Of a stretch of 64,000 bases of DNA, positions 32,552 through 45,173 are shown piece by piece. Position numbers and translations under genes: made by a program. How positions within the stretch are numbered: the stretch's first letter is position 1; each line of letters begins with the position of its first letter. The stretch spans positions 1,413,583 through 1,477,582 of the forward strand of contig OZ253543.1 of NCBI GenBank assembly GCA_965262555.1, read 5' to 3'. The DNA is from Vicinamibacterales bacterium. Lineage in GTDB: Bacteria > Acidobacteriota > Vicinamibacteria > Vicinamibacterales > UBA8438. Under the pieces are notes generated by a model, which was not told the origin of the DNA, made no database searches, and saw nothing but the letters and a program-made list of their open reading frames with translations.

Positions 32552-33171
32552 CGTGATCCCACCGCGGTGGAGCGGCGGAGCGCCAGGCCAACCCAGTCGT
32601 CTTCGGTCTCCCGTGCGACGACGGTGCAGGTTGCGCGCAGGGCGGCGCGCGCGCCGAGGCGAACCGCCGCAATCGCCAGCACCCCCGACCCGGTGCCCAG
32701 GTCGATGACGCGCCGGCTCGCCGCGATGTCCGCGCGCATCCGCTGCATGACCGACAGGCAGAGACGCGTGGAGGCGTGGTGCCCGGTGCCGAAGCCGGTC
32801 GATGGCGTGATCTCGAGCACGATGGCCGAAGCATCGGGCGCCGGCAGAGCCCATGGAGGTGCGACGACGATCTCCCCGACACGCACCGCCACGAGCGCGG
32901 CCCGCGACCGTTCCGCCCAGCCGTCATCCGGAACGTCGCGTGGCACCACACGCGCGCCGTCCGGCCCGAACGCCCGATTGATCGCACGCACCGCCGCGTC
33001 GCGCGCGCCCCGTGAGAAGAACCAGACACGGCGCGCGCCGTCCCCTGTCTCCTCGACGGCGAACGGATCGAAGTCGTCGAGGAGCCCGTCGAGACGCGGG
33101 CGAAGCGAGGCGGGTGCGGCCGGAAATTGAATGTCGAGCGTCGGGCGATCCGGCCGCGGCCCGTCAGCCAA
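32548..33171 (-). CDS. prmA: Ribosomal protein L11 methyltransferase PrmA, C-terminally short
   Basis: The match rests on VVAPPWA...LEITPSTGFGTGHHASTRLCL...VIDLGTGSGVLAIAAVRLGA. The ORF stops about 33 codons after SAM motif I. There is an ATGA overlap with rsmE. Confidence 0.7.
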   Translation of the reverse strand: MADGPRPDRPTLDIQFPAAPASLRPRLDGLLDDFDPFAVEETGDGARRVWFFSRGARDAAVRAINRAFGPDGARVVPRDVPDDGWAERSRAALVAVRVGEIVVAPPWALPAPDASAIVLEITPSTGFGTGHHASTRLCLSVMQRMRADIAASRRVIDLGTGSGVLAIAAVRLGARAALRATCTVVARETEDDWVGLALRRSTAVGSR

Positions 33172-34342
33172 AGATGTCCTTCACCCGATCGAAGAACGGG
33201 CGGTCGGCACTCGGCGCATCATCCGGGGGAGTCGCTGGGTTGGCGTCCCGCGCGTTGCGTGCCGCATCGTTCGGCAGCGTGTCGCGCAGCTTCTCGATCA
33301 ACTGTCGCTGTTCGGCCGACAGCCGCGTCGGCACCGCCACAACCAGATCGACGTACAGATCGCCATGCCCGCGCCCATGCAGATGCGGCAGGCCATGGCC
33401 GCGCACGCAGAAGCGTTTGCCCGGTTGCGTGCCCTTCGGCACCTTCAGCGTGGTCTCGCCGTCCAGGGTCGGCACGCTCACCTCGCCGCCGAGGGCGAGG
33501 GTCGGGAAGCCGGCCGGGATGGCGCACAGCAGGTGGGTGCCGTCGCGACGGAAGGTCGGGTGGTCGTCAACGTGGACGACGACGTGCAGATCGCCCGGCG
33601 GTCCGTTGCGCAGACCGTGCTCGCCCTCGCCAACGACGCGAAGCGCCTGGCCGCTGTCGATGCCGGCCGGCACCTTGACGGTGATGGTCCGCTCCTGCGT
33701 GACGCGCCCGGCGCCGCGGCAGGTGGTACAGGGGTTGGTGATGACCCGTCCGGAGCCTCTGCACCGGCGGCAGGTGTGGGCCATCGTCAGGAACCCATGC
33801 TGCGTCCGGACCTGGCCACGGCCGCCGCAGCCGGGGCACGCTTCCGGTCCGCTGCCGGACGCGGCGCCCGATCCGCGACACGCGTCGCACGTTTCCTCAC
33901 GGGGGATCTGCAGCCTCGCGTCGTGTCCGGCGGCGGCTTCGTCAAGCGAGATCCGGAGGTCGTACCGCAGGTCGCTGCCGGCGATCGGCCCGTGCGACCG
34001 TCGGCCGCCGCCGAAGACGTCGCCGAGACCGAACAGGTCGCCCAGCCCACCGAGACCGCTGAAGATGTCCTGGAAGTCGGCAAATGTGGAGGGGTCGACA
34101 CCGCCCGCGCCGGCGCCCCGAACGCCGGCGCGGCCGAATCGGTCGTAGCGGGCGCGCTTCTCCGGATCGGCCAGGATCGCGTACGCCTCGGCCGCCTCCT
34201 TGAACTTCGCCTCCGCCTCGCTGTCCCCCTGGTTCCGGTCCGGATGGTACTTGAGCGCCAGCTTCCGGTAGGCGCGTTTCAGTTCCTGTTCGTCCACATT
34301 CCGCTGGACGCCCAGGATCTCGTAGTAGTCGGCCCCGGTCAT
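33164..34342 (-). CDS. dnaJ: Chaperone DnaJ
   Basis: It has the J domain DYYEILGV...YRKLALKYHPDRN. It also has four CxxCxGxG repeats (CDACRGSG, CPGCGGRG, CRRCRGSG, CTTCRGAG). Confidence 0.95.
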   Translation of the reverse strand: MTGADYYEILGVQRNVDEQELKRAYRKLALKYHPDRNQGDSEAEAKFKEAAEAYAILADPEKRARYDRFGRAGVRGAGAGGVDPSTFADFQDIFSGLGGLGDLFGLGDVFGGGRRSHGPIAGSDLRYDLRISLDEAAAGHDARLQIPREETCDACRGSGAASGSGPEACPGCGGRGQVRTQHGFLTMAHTCRRCRGSGRVITNPCTTCRGAGRVTQERTITVKVPAGIDSGQALRVVGEGEHGLRNGPPGDLHVVVHVDDHPTFRRDGTHLLCAIPAGFPTLALGGEVSVPTLDGETTLKVPKGTQPGKRFCVRGHGLPHLHGRGHGDLYVDLVVAVPTRLSAEQRQLIEKLRDTLPNDAARNARDANPATPPDDAPSADRPFFDRVKDIFG

Positions 34343-34947
34343 GACTGATCGGTGTCGTTCGCGGCAGTCGGGCCGGCTGCCGCGTCCGCATCACCGGTAC
34401 CCTTGGCCACCATCACCATGGTGGCGCGGAGCAGCCGGTTGCCCAGGCGGTAGCCACGCCGCAGTTCGCCCATGACGGCGCCGTCCGGATGGTCGTGACT
34501 CGGCGCGTGGGCCACCGCTTCGTGCAGATTCGGATCAAACGGCTCGCCCACCGCGTCGATCGGCGTGACGCTCCGCTGCCGAAGCAGGTCGTGCATCTTC
34601 CGGTGGATCAGAACGACCCCGTCGCGGTAGGTCTGGCCGTCCGGTGTCTCGACGGGGGTCGCCAGCGCGCGCTCCAGGTCATCGACAAGCGGGAGCAGCG
34701 CCAGCAGTAAATCCTCGGTGGCGTGCTGCGCAAACTCCGATCGCTCCCGTTCCACCCGCTTACGGAAGTTGTCCAGCTCCGCCGTATTCCGAAGCAGCAG
34801 GTCGCGCAACTGATCGCGTTCCGCGGCGGTGTCGCCCGCAGCCGCCTGCGTCCTGGCGGCCGCCGCGTCATCGTCGGCGGTGTCGTCAGGCGGCGCGGAT
34901 GCGGAAGACTCGTCGTCAGGCGGTGGCGGTTTCTGATCGTCTGTCAT
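34339..34947 (-). CDS. grpE: Nucleotide exchange factor GrpE
   Basis: The match rests on LLRNTAELDNFRKRVERE...LLALLPLVDDLERAL...FDPNLHEAV...GYRLGNRLLRATMVMV. Confidence 0.9.
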   Translation of the reverse strand: MTDDQKPPPPDDESSASAPPDDTADDDAAAARTQAAAGDTAAERDQLRDLLLRNTAELDNFRKRVERERSEFAQHATEDLLLALLPLVDDLERALATPVETPDGQTYRDGVVLIHRKMHDLLRQRSVTPIDAVGEPFDPNLHEAVAHAPSHDHPDGAVMGELRRGYRLGNRLLRATMVMVAKGTGDADAAAGPTAANDTDQS

Positions 34948-35761
34948 CGTGGGACGCAGCCGCCTGCGCCACGAGCACGCGGCTGACGGCGGCGGAGACC
35001 TGATCGACGGCGGAGATGGCGCGTCCGTAGCGCATGCGCCGCGGACCGATGACGCCGATTCTGCCGGTCCGCGTGCCGTCGAAGTAGGTGGCGGCGACCA
35101 GGCTGAACGGCTGCATCTCCGGCCTTCGGTTCTCGGTGCCGATCACCACCGTCAGCCCCGGCGCGTCCAGGTACTCGTCGAGCAGCCGGACCAGCAGATC
35201 CTTCCGTTCGACCATCGCCAGCAGCGTCCGCAGAATGCCGAGCGGCACGCGGTTCGTCTCGTCGGACACCTCCTCGGCCAGGAACCAGGAACCCTCGATG
35301 AAGAGAGGGTTCGATGGCGTCATCGCCGCCAGACGCGGCATGCACGCGAATGCCAGGTGGTGCGAGGCAACCGATAGCTCGTGCGAGACGTTCGACAGCA
35401 CGTCGCTGACGGTCCGCGCCTGCCGCAGTCGCTCCTCCACGTCAGCCGGAGCGTGCGCGCGCCGCCGCCGGCGGCGGAGCAGGCGGTCGACAAAATACCG
35501 GTAGCCCCGGTCCGTCGGCACGCGGCCGGCCGAGGTGTGTGGTTGGTGGATGTACCCAGCGTCCTCCAGGTGCGCCATCACGGTGCGAACCGACGCCGAC
35601 GACAGTCCGACGTTGCCGTGCTGCGCGATCCAGAGGGACGCGACCGGCTCGCCGCGTTCGATGTACTGCTGCACGACGTGCCCAAGAATGCGGCTCTCCC
35701 GCTCGGTGAGCGGCGGCTGATCCGATGGACGGGCAACCGGTCGTGGTGTCATGGGTGTCAT
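34916..35761 (-). CDS. hrcA: Heat-inducible transcription repressor HrcA (short, 281 aa)
   Basis: It has the N-terminal wHTH LTERESRILGHVVQQYIERGEPVAS...SSASVRTVMAHLEDAGYI.QPHTSAGRVPTDRGYRYFVD. The C-terminus is VVIGTEN...GVIGPRRMRYGRAISAV. The middle region seems shorter than in the roughly 340 aa HrcA proteins I know. Confidence 0.8.
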   Translation of the reverse strand: MTPMTPRPVARPSDQPPLTERESRILGHVVQQYIERGEPVASLWIAQHGNVGLSSASVRTVMAHLEDAGYIHQPHTSAGRVPTDRGYRYFVDRLLRRRRRRAHAPADVEERLRQARTVSDVLSNVSHELSVASHHLAFACMPRLAAMTPSNPLFIEGSWFLAEEVSDETNRVPLGILRTLLAMVERKDLLVRLLDEYLDAPGLTVVIGTENRRPEMQPFSLVAATYFDGTRTGRIGVIGPRRMRYGRAISAVDQVSAAVSRVLVAQAAASHDDRRSETATA

Positions 35762-35791
35762 GCGCCGGCCGACAGGGCCGCAGGCGACGCG

Positions 35792-36673
35792 CTAACCACC
35801 CCTGAGTATAGCAGCGGGTTCTGCGGCTTGGTCCGCGCCGTCCGCGACGGTTGCCGAGCGCGGCATCCAGCGAAGCGAACGGGCGGCGCCATCGTCCAGC
35901 TTGCCGTACTTGACGGCAATCAGCTCCGCCAGAATGCTGACGGCGATCTCGTGGGGCGTGACCGCCCCAATGTCCAGCCCGACCGGCGCGTGGAGCCGCT
36001 CGGGATGCGTCACCGTGACGCCCTCTTCGCGGAGCGCCTCGTGCAGACGCGCCACCTTCGCGCGGCTCCCGATCAGGCCGAGGTAGCGGAGCGGGCGCGT
36101 GGCGAGGGCGCGGAGCGCGTCGAGGTCGTGGCGGTGTCCGCGGGTCAGGATGACGATGTAGGCCGACTCCGGCAGGTCGGCCTGCTCGAGCCAGGTCGGG
36201 ATGTTGTCGACCACGCACTCGACCGCGTCGGGAAAGCGTTCCGCATTGGAGAACTTCTCCCGATCATCAACCACATGCAGCCGGAACCCGGCGGCGGGTG
36301 CGATGTGTCCCAGATGTTGCGCCACGTGGCCGGCGCCGACGAGATAGAGATGCGGGGACGCCTCAAGCGGGTCGATGTAGACCTCCATCTGGCCTCCACA
36401 AATCAGTCCCGACTCCTCTGCGAGGTCGTCGGTCAATTCGTAACGCGCGACCAGCGGCTTGCGCGTCTCAATCGCCTGCCGCGCCTTCCAGAACGCGTCG
36501 TTCTCGTAGCAGCCGCCGCCGATCGTGCCGACCATCCGGCCGTCGGCGTACACGAGCATCTTGGCGCCGACCCGCTGCGGGGTAGACCCCTGGGTGCGGA
36601 TGATTGTGACGAGCGCGGCCGATTCGCCCCGCTCGAACACCTCGTTGACGGCCCGGAATACGTCCTCGTTCAT
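35792..36673 (-). CDS. XdhC/CoxI-family molybdoenzyme maturation protein
   Basis: The match rests on ALVTIIRTQGSTPQRVGAKMLVYADGRMVGTIGGGCYE...LVGAGHVAQHL...LTRGHRHD. Confidence 0.8.
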   Translation of the reverse strand: MNEDVFRAVNEVFERGESAALVTIIRTQGSTPQRVGAKMLVYADGRMVGTIGGGCYENDAFWKARQAIETRKPLVARYELTDDLAEESGLICGGQMEVYIDPLEASPHLYLVGAGHVAQHLGHIAPAAGFRLHVVDDREKFSNAERFPDAVECVVDNIPTWLEQADLPESAYIVILTRGHRHDLDALRALATRPLRYLGLIGSRAKVARLHEALREEGVTVTHPERLHAPVGLDIGAVTPHEIAVSILAELIAVKYGKLDDGAARSLRWMPRSATVADGADQAAEPAAILRGG

Positions 36674-36742
36674 GGCCTGCGGTGCCCCTCTGCGCGCGAC
36701 GTTCAGTATACCTCCGCCCGGTCGATCCTTCCCGGGCGCTGG

Positions 36743-38440
36743 TCAGATCGTGAGGATCTCGTGACACCCCGGGATAAAGGACAGGTCGGCCAGCAGGCGG
36801 TCGACGAGAGGGAAGCCGTACTGGTTGAGGAACTGCAGACTCCCAACGCTCCGTTCCTGCGGATCGCCGCCGGGGAAGCACTGGGCGCGGGCGCGGTGGA
36901 ACTGGCGGCGGAGCGTCTCGTCGCGACGCTTGGCCGCCTGAATCACCTTATGGCGCAGGTTGCCGAGATCCCGTGCCATCCGGCCGTGCGTGGAGTCGAC
37001 GGCGCCGGCCAGCGTCGGGTCGATGACGGGGACAGCCTCGCGGAGCGCCGCCAACCGTTCCGTTGTGGCGGCCTCGGCGGCGTCGAGCGCCGCATTGACG
37101 GACGCGGGCAACTGCGCTGCCAGCAGCGCGTTCAGCACGCCGTCGTCGCGCGGCTGCAGGCGTCCCGGATCGAGCCGGTACCGGGTGAGGAACCGGAGTG
37201 TCGCGCCGTCGACGATCGTTGCCGTCGCGCGGGCGTGCAGGACCGGCATCGGCAGACCGAACGCCTCGTATACCTCGCCCAGTTGCGCGAGGTACGCCAG
37301 CTCGTGCGGTCCAGCGACCAGGACGGCGGTCGGCAGGAGCGTGTCCTGCACGATCGGGCGGAGCAGGACGTTCGGACTGAATGAGGTGGGGTGTGCGTCG
37401 AGTTCGGCCAGCAGTGTCGTGGTCTCGACACGTTGGTCGCCGCTGACGAACCCGTCACCGTCGACGCGGATCGGCTTGCGCGCGCCGTTCATCCGGAACA
37501 GCGCCGTCGAACCGGCGACAGGGGAGACCTGCGCGGTGTATCCCAGGGCGGTCAACTGCTCGCCGGCGGTCGCGGCCAGCGCGCAGGTCCGACCGGGCGC
37601 CTGCAGCTCGCGCGCGAACAACTGGCGAACGAATGGCTTGGCGGCCGGTTCCGACGCATCGAAGACGATCAGGCCGTGGGCGCCGAGCAGCCGGTCGAGC
37701 CACCGGGCGAACGCGTCCACCAGGCGGACACCCGGGGCGTACGCCGCGGCCAGCGCATCGATCACCTCCGCCGTGAACTCGGTGGGCGGGAGCGTCTCGC
37801 GAAGGCGGTCGATGGCGCCGGTGATCGCGTCATCGAGACGGACCGAGGCAGCGGGTGTGCCCGCCGGCACGTCGAGGTCTAGCGTGATCGACTGCGGCGC
37901 GAGGTCGGCGCCAAGCAGGTCGCAGTGGCGGATCTCGTCCAGGTCATGGTCTTCGGCATCAATCCAGAACACCGCGACGACCGGTGGATCGGGCGCCGCG
38001 GCGGCGATGCGGCGGGCCAGCGTGACGGCGGTCAGCGCCTTGAGCAGCGTGAAGAGCGGCCCCCCGAAGAGCCCCGCCTGCTGGCCGGTCACCACCGCCA
38101 CGGTGCGCGGATCGCGCAGCCGGTCCGCCGCGGCCAGCGCCTCGGCCGGCGCCCCGCGGTCTGCCAGTTGCCGGGCGATCGCCGGCGCGACGGCAGGATC
38201 GGGAGGGTGCGCGTGCCGCGCCGCGACAGCCGCCGACCAGCTCTCCGGATCGGCGGGCGACCCGCGAAAGAAGGGCGCCAAGCGATCGAACGCGTGGCAG
38301 TAATCGCGAGCAAACGGACCGGTCCAGGGCAGCGCGCGCGTATCGATCCGCAGTCCGCGGCGCGCGCCGATGTGCTGCGCGTCTGCCGGAGAACCGGTGC
38401 CCGAGGCGGGAGGAGCGGGAGAAGGCGTGTCGGCGGGCAC
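36743..38440 (-). CDS. bshC: Bacillithiol biosynthesis cysteine-adding enzyme BshC
   Basis: The signature is VVTGQQAGLFGGPLFTLLKALTAVTLA...VFWIDAEDHDLDEI. The GTG start at 38440 is a guess that avoids overlap with the divergent kinase-like gene. The tracked ORF extends to 38557. Confidence 0.75.
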   Translation of the reverse strand: MPADTPSPAPPASGTGSPADAQHIGARRGLRIDTRALPWTGPFARDYCHAFDRLAPFFRGSPADPESWSAAVAARHAHPPDPAVAPAIARQLADRGAPAEALAAADRLRDPRTVAVVTGQQAGLFGGPLFTLLKALTAVTLARRIAAAAPDPPVVAVFWIDAEDHDLDEIRHCDLLGADLAPQSITLDLDVPAGTPAASVRLDDAITGAIDRLRETLPPTEFTAEVIDALAAAYAPGVRLVDAFARWLDRLLGAHGLIVFDASEPAAKPFVRQLFARELQAPGRTCALAATAGEQLTALGYTAQVSPVAGSTALFRMNGARKPIRVDGDGFVSGDQRVETTTLLAELDAHPTSFSPNVLLRPIVQDTLLPTAVLVAGPHELAYLAQLGEVYEAFGLPMPVLHARATATIVDGATLRFLTRYRLDPGRLQPRDDGVLNALLAAQLPASVNAALDAAEAATTERLAALREAVPVIDPTLAGAVDSTHGRMARDLGNLRHKVIQAAKRRDETLRRQFHRARAQCFPGGDPQERSVGSLQFLNQYGFPLVDRLLADLSFIPGCHEILTI

Positions 38441-38555
38441 GTGCCCAGTACTGTCGCAAACGGCGCGGTTGAGTGTCAAGGTGGCGTGGGATGGACTAAC
38501 CTGCCTCCGGGACCAGTCGCGGCTCGCTTGGAGCGGCGCGCGTCCGCGTAGTACC

Positions 38556-40544
38556 ATGCCGAAGTCACGTCTGGAGAGTTCAGGACTGACACGCCAGGTC
38601 GACAGTTCGCAGACGGCACCTGATGCATTCGGCCCGTATCGGGTGATTCATCAGATTGGGGTTGGCGTTCTCGGTCCCCTCTTTCGCGCCATCGACCCCG
38701 ACGAGGACCGCGCCGTCGCCGTCAAGGCGTTCCAACTGGATCTCACGCCGGAGCAGACGGATCGGTTTGCCGGCGCATTGGCGGATGTCGTTGGGGTCGG
38801 CCTCGACGATCCCGCAATCCTTGCCCCGCTCGACGCGGGCATCGAGCGGGGCATGCCGTATCTGGTGTCGGAGTATGTCGCCGGCGATTCGGTCGATGTC
38901 GTGCTGCGCGGCACCGCCGGCAGGTCGGCGGGCGCGGTACGGCTCGTGGTGGACATCGCTGACGCTGTCGATGCCGCCCACGCGCGCGGCATCGTGCATG
39001 GCGCGGTCCATCTGCGCGACGTGATTGTTGCCGACGGCCGGGCGCGCGTGACCGGCTTCGGCGTGGCGAGCGTGCTGGAGCATGTTGGCTTCCGGGCGCC
39101 GATCCGACGGCCCTATGCCGCCCCGGAACTGATCACCGGCCGGCGCTGGGGACCGGAAGCGGATCGCTACGCCGTGGCCGCCATCGCCTACGAACTGCTG
39201 ACCGGCCTCCGCGCGGCGGGGACGGATGACTATCTGCTCGGGCAACTGCGGGCGATTGCCCGCCCCGACGTCCCTGACGTTGCCGGCCTGCAGCAGGCGT
39301 TCCGGAACGGCCTGGCCGACGACCCGGCGCTCCGGCCTGCGTCGGCCGCCAGCTTTGCCGCGGCGGTCGGCGCCGCGCTCGGCGTCGATGTACGCGGCGA
39401 CGCGCTGCCTGTGACCGCAGTCGGGTCACCGGGCGACGCACCGGAAGACCGGTCTGCGATTCGCGTGGCGCCGCCCGACCCGATCGCGGGCGGTGACCCA
39501 TCGGACCTGGATGGGCCTGCGCCAGCGGATCGGTTCGACCTGGTGTCAGCGCCGACGGCCCCCGCGAGTCCTGGACCGGCGGCCCGATCGGCGTCCGTTC
39601 ACCCTCCGCGCCGCGATCCGGATGAGTCGCCCCTGTTTGGGGATGCGGATGGCCCGCACATGGACGACGCACCGGAGGAGACACCGGTCGTGGCCGGCGA
39701 TAGGCAACCGGCAGTGACGACTGCCGGGACCATGGAAGCGCACGAGATGGCCGGCGGCATGGCGCGAACGGAGGGCGGCGTCGACGCCGCCCTCGAGGCG
39801 GCGGACGATCCCGTCGTCGACATGGAGGACGCTGGCTGGACGCCGGTAGAGCGAGGGCGCCTGGGTTCGGTGCTGCGCTCGGCGGCGGCGGGTGTCGTCG
39901 CCATAGCGATCGGTGTCCTCCTGGCGTATTCCCTCGGCGCGGGTCTCGGCGGGCCGGACGACATCGTCCCGTTCGGCGACACATGGCGGACGGTGTTTGG
40001 TGGGACGGCGGAGACGGCGCCGGCAGGAAACCCGACGGATGCGGCCGGTTCGGCCGGGGAACGGGAATACAGCGAGGCGGTGGTCGACCGCACGGGGACG
40101 GAGATCGACAGCGAGACGCGCGTCGGGGCGGCGGAGACTGTTGCCACGGAACCGGTCCGCGCGCCCGTCGGCACACCGCCGCCCGCCCCGGCAGCGGACC
40201 TGCCGGTCGCCGAGCCGGCGGCGGCTGCTGCGGCTCTCGCTCCGGCACGGGCGGCTGTGCCCGTGGATCCGGCGCCGGTGGCTGTGCCTGCCGATCCTGG
40301 GCCGGCGGCGTCGGTCGTCGGCGGGCCGGGCGCCGTCTATGTCGATACCCGCCCGCCGGGCGCGACGGTCCTGATCGACGGCGCGACGGTCGGCGTCACG
40401 CCGGTGCTGGTGCCCGACGTCGCGGCGGGGGCGCACCGGGTGCGGATCGAGCTGGCGGGCTACCACCCCTGGGTAACCGACGTGACGGTGCCAGCGGCGG
40501 AGCGGGTTCGGGTAGGCGCGTCGCTGCAGCCGGACGGCGAGTAG
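38556..40544 (+). CDS. Membrane-anchored Ser/Thr kinase-like protein (predicted pseudokinase) with C-terminal PEGA domain
   Basis: The kinase fold is recognisable (IGVGVLGPLF, VAVKAF, AAPE). The catalytic motifs are replaced: HRD is HGA at 38997-39005, and DFG is GFG at 39054-39062. It has one TM segment (AAAGVVAIAIGVLLAY). The PEGA-like end is VYVDTRPPGATVLIDGATVGVTP...HRVRIELAGYHPW. Confidence 0.8.
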   Translation: MPKSRLESSGLTRQVDSSQTAPDAFGPYRVIHQIGVGVLGPLFRAIDPDEDRAVAVKAFQLDLTPEQTDRFAGALADVVGVGLDDPAILAPLDAGIERGMPYLVSEYVAGDSVDVVLRGTAGRSAGAVRLVVDIADAVDAAHARGIVHGAVHLRDVIVADGRARVTGFGVASVLEHVGFRAPIRRPYAAPELITGRRWGPEADRYAVAAIAYELLTGLRAAGTDDYLLGQLRAIARPDVPDVAGLQQAFRNGLADDPALRPASAASFAAAVGAALGVDVRGDALPVTAVGSPGDAPEDRSAIRVAPPDPIAGGDPSDLDGPAPADRFDLVSAPTAPASPGPAARSASVHPPRRDPDESPLFGDADGPHMDDAPEETPVVAGDRQPAVTTAGTMEAHEMAGGMARTEGGVDAALEAADDPVVDMEDAGWTPVERGRLGSVLRSAAAGVVAIAIGVLLAYSLGAGLGGPDDIVPFGDTWRTVFGGTAETAPAGNPTDAAGSAGEREYSEAVVDRTGTEIDSETRVGAAETVATEPVRAPVGTPPPAPAADLPVAEPAAAAAALAPARAAVPVDPAPVAVPADPGPAASVVGGPGAVYVDTRPPGATVLIDGATVGVTPVLVPDVAAGAHRVRIELAGYHPWVTDVTVPAAERVRVGASLQPDGE

Positions 40545-40565
40545 ACACGTGATGCAGGACGGCCA

Positions 40566-41768
40566 ATGAAAGCAGTGCTCGCGCTCGAAGACGGGACCTG
40601 GTACGCCGGCGATGCGGCGGGGGCGAGCGGCGCCCGCGGCGCGGATGGCGCGGCTGGTGGCGCACCCGATCCGGCGACCGGCGCCACCGCGACGGCCGTC
40701 GGCGAGGTGGTCTTCAACACCAGCATGACGGGGTACCAGGAGATCCTCACCGATCCGTCGTATGCCGGACAAATCGTGACCATGACCTGTCCGCAGATCG
40801 GCAACTACGGCGTCGCGCCGGCCGACATCGAATCGACCCACCCGCAGGTGGCCGGTTTCGTCATGCGCGAGGAGTCGCCTATTGCGAGCAACTGGCGCGC
40901 GACCGGATCGCTCCGCGACTACCTGGTGACGCACGGCATCGTCGCGATCTCCGGGATCGACACGCGGGCGCTGACGCGCCGGCTGCGGAGCGCCGGCGTG
41001 ATGCGGGGCGTCATTGCAACCGGCGCCACGGTCGATCCGGATGTGCTGGTGGCGCGGGCGCGCACCGCGCCGGCGATGGAAGGAGCCGACCTGGTGCGGG
41101 GCGTCACCTGCGGCGCGCCGTTCGACTGGCGGCCGGACGACGAGGCGGGCGCGCCCGGGTTCGTCCTCCACGCCGGTCGCCGCGACGGCCGCCGGCTCCG
41201 GGTTGCGGCGTACGACCTGGGCATGAAGCGGAACATCCTGCGCCGGCTGGCGGAGTACGGCTGCGACGTACGGGTGTATCCGGCCGACGCGCCGGTCACG
41301 GATCTCCTCGCCGGCAGCCCCGATGGCATCTTCTTCAGCAACGGTCCCGGCGACCCGTCGCCGATCGACTACGCGATCCGGAACGCGCGCGAGGCGATCG
41401 ACGCTGGGCTCCCGGTCTTCGGTATCTGCCTCGGTCACCAGGTGCTCGGTCTCGCGATGGGCGCGTCCACCTACAAGCTGCGGTTCGGCCACCGCGGCGC
41501 GAATCACCCGGTAAAGCAACTCGACACCGGGCAGGTGGAGATCACGTCGCAGAACCACGGCTTCGCGGTCGACCCGGAGTCGATCCCGGATGACGTGGAG
41601 GTGACGCACCAGAACCTGTACGACGGCACGATCGAGGGGTTGCGGCACCGGACGGCCCCGGTGTCGTCGGTGCAGTATCATCCCGAGGCTTCGCCCGGGC
41701 CGCACGACGCCGATTACCTCTTCGCCGGCTTCATCGACGCGATGGACCCGCGGGTGGATCGCCGGTGA
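40566..41768 (+). CDS. carA: Carbamoyl-phosphate synthase small subunit
   Basis: The match rests on VLALEDGT...GEVVFNTSMTGYQEILTDPSY.GQIV and GICLGHQ...GHRGANHPV...QNHGF. It contains a Gly/Ala-rich N-terminal insertion. Confidence 0.95.
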   Translation: MKAVLALEDGTWYAGDAAGASGARGADGAAGGAPDPATGATATAVGEVVFNTSMTGYQEILTDPSYAGQIVTMTCPQIGNYGVAPADIESTHPQVAGFVMREESPIASNWRATGSLRDYLVTHGIVAISGIDTRALTRRLRSAGVMRGVIATGATVDPDVLVARARTAPAMEGADLVRGVTCGAPFDWRPDDEAGAPGFVLHAGRRDGRRLRVAAYDLGMKRNILRRLAEYGCDVRVYPADAPVTDLLAGSPDGIFFSNGPGDPSPIDYAIRNAREAIDAGLPVFGICLGHQVLGLAMGASTYKLRFGHRGANHPVKQLDTGQVEITSQNHGFAVDPESIPDDVEVTHQNLYDGTIEGLRHRTAPVSSVQYHPEASPGPHDADYLFAGFIDAMDPRVDRR

Positions 41769-41798
41769 CCAACCGCCTTCCGGCGTCTGCCTGACCCG

Positions 41799-45062
<3,264 letters not shown>

Positions 45063-45145
45063 CTCCTGCCGGTCTTGGCGTTCCTCGACGCCTTGAAGCA
45101 CACCGTCCGCTGAGAACCCGCGTCCGGCCTGTAGCACCGGTCGCG

Positions 45146-45161
45146 TGGCACGAATCTTGCA
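45146..45161 (+). promoter_or_regulatory. Candidate sigma-54 (-24/-12) promoter upstream of comEC
   Basis: The sequence TGGCACGAATCTTGCA matches the TGGCAC-N5-TTGC(A/T) consensus with correct GG/GC spacing. It lies in the carB-comEC intergenic region, in the comEC orientation. The -12 GC is 14 nt before the annotated ATG. Confidence 0.5.
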
Positions 45162-45173
45162 GTTGCGCGGGGG

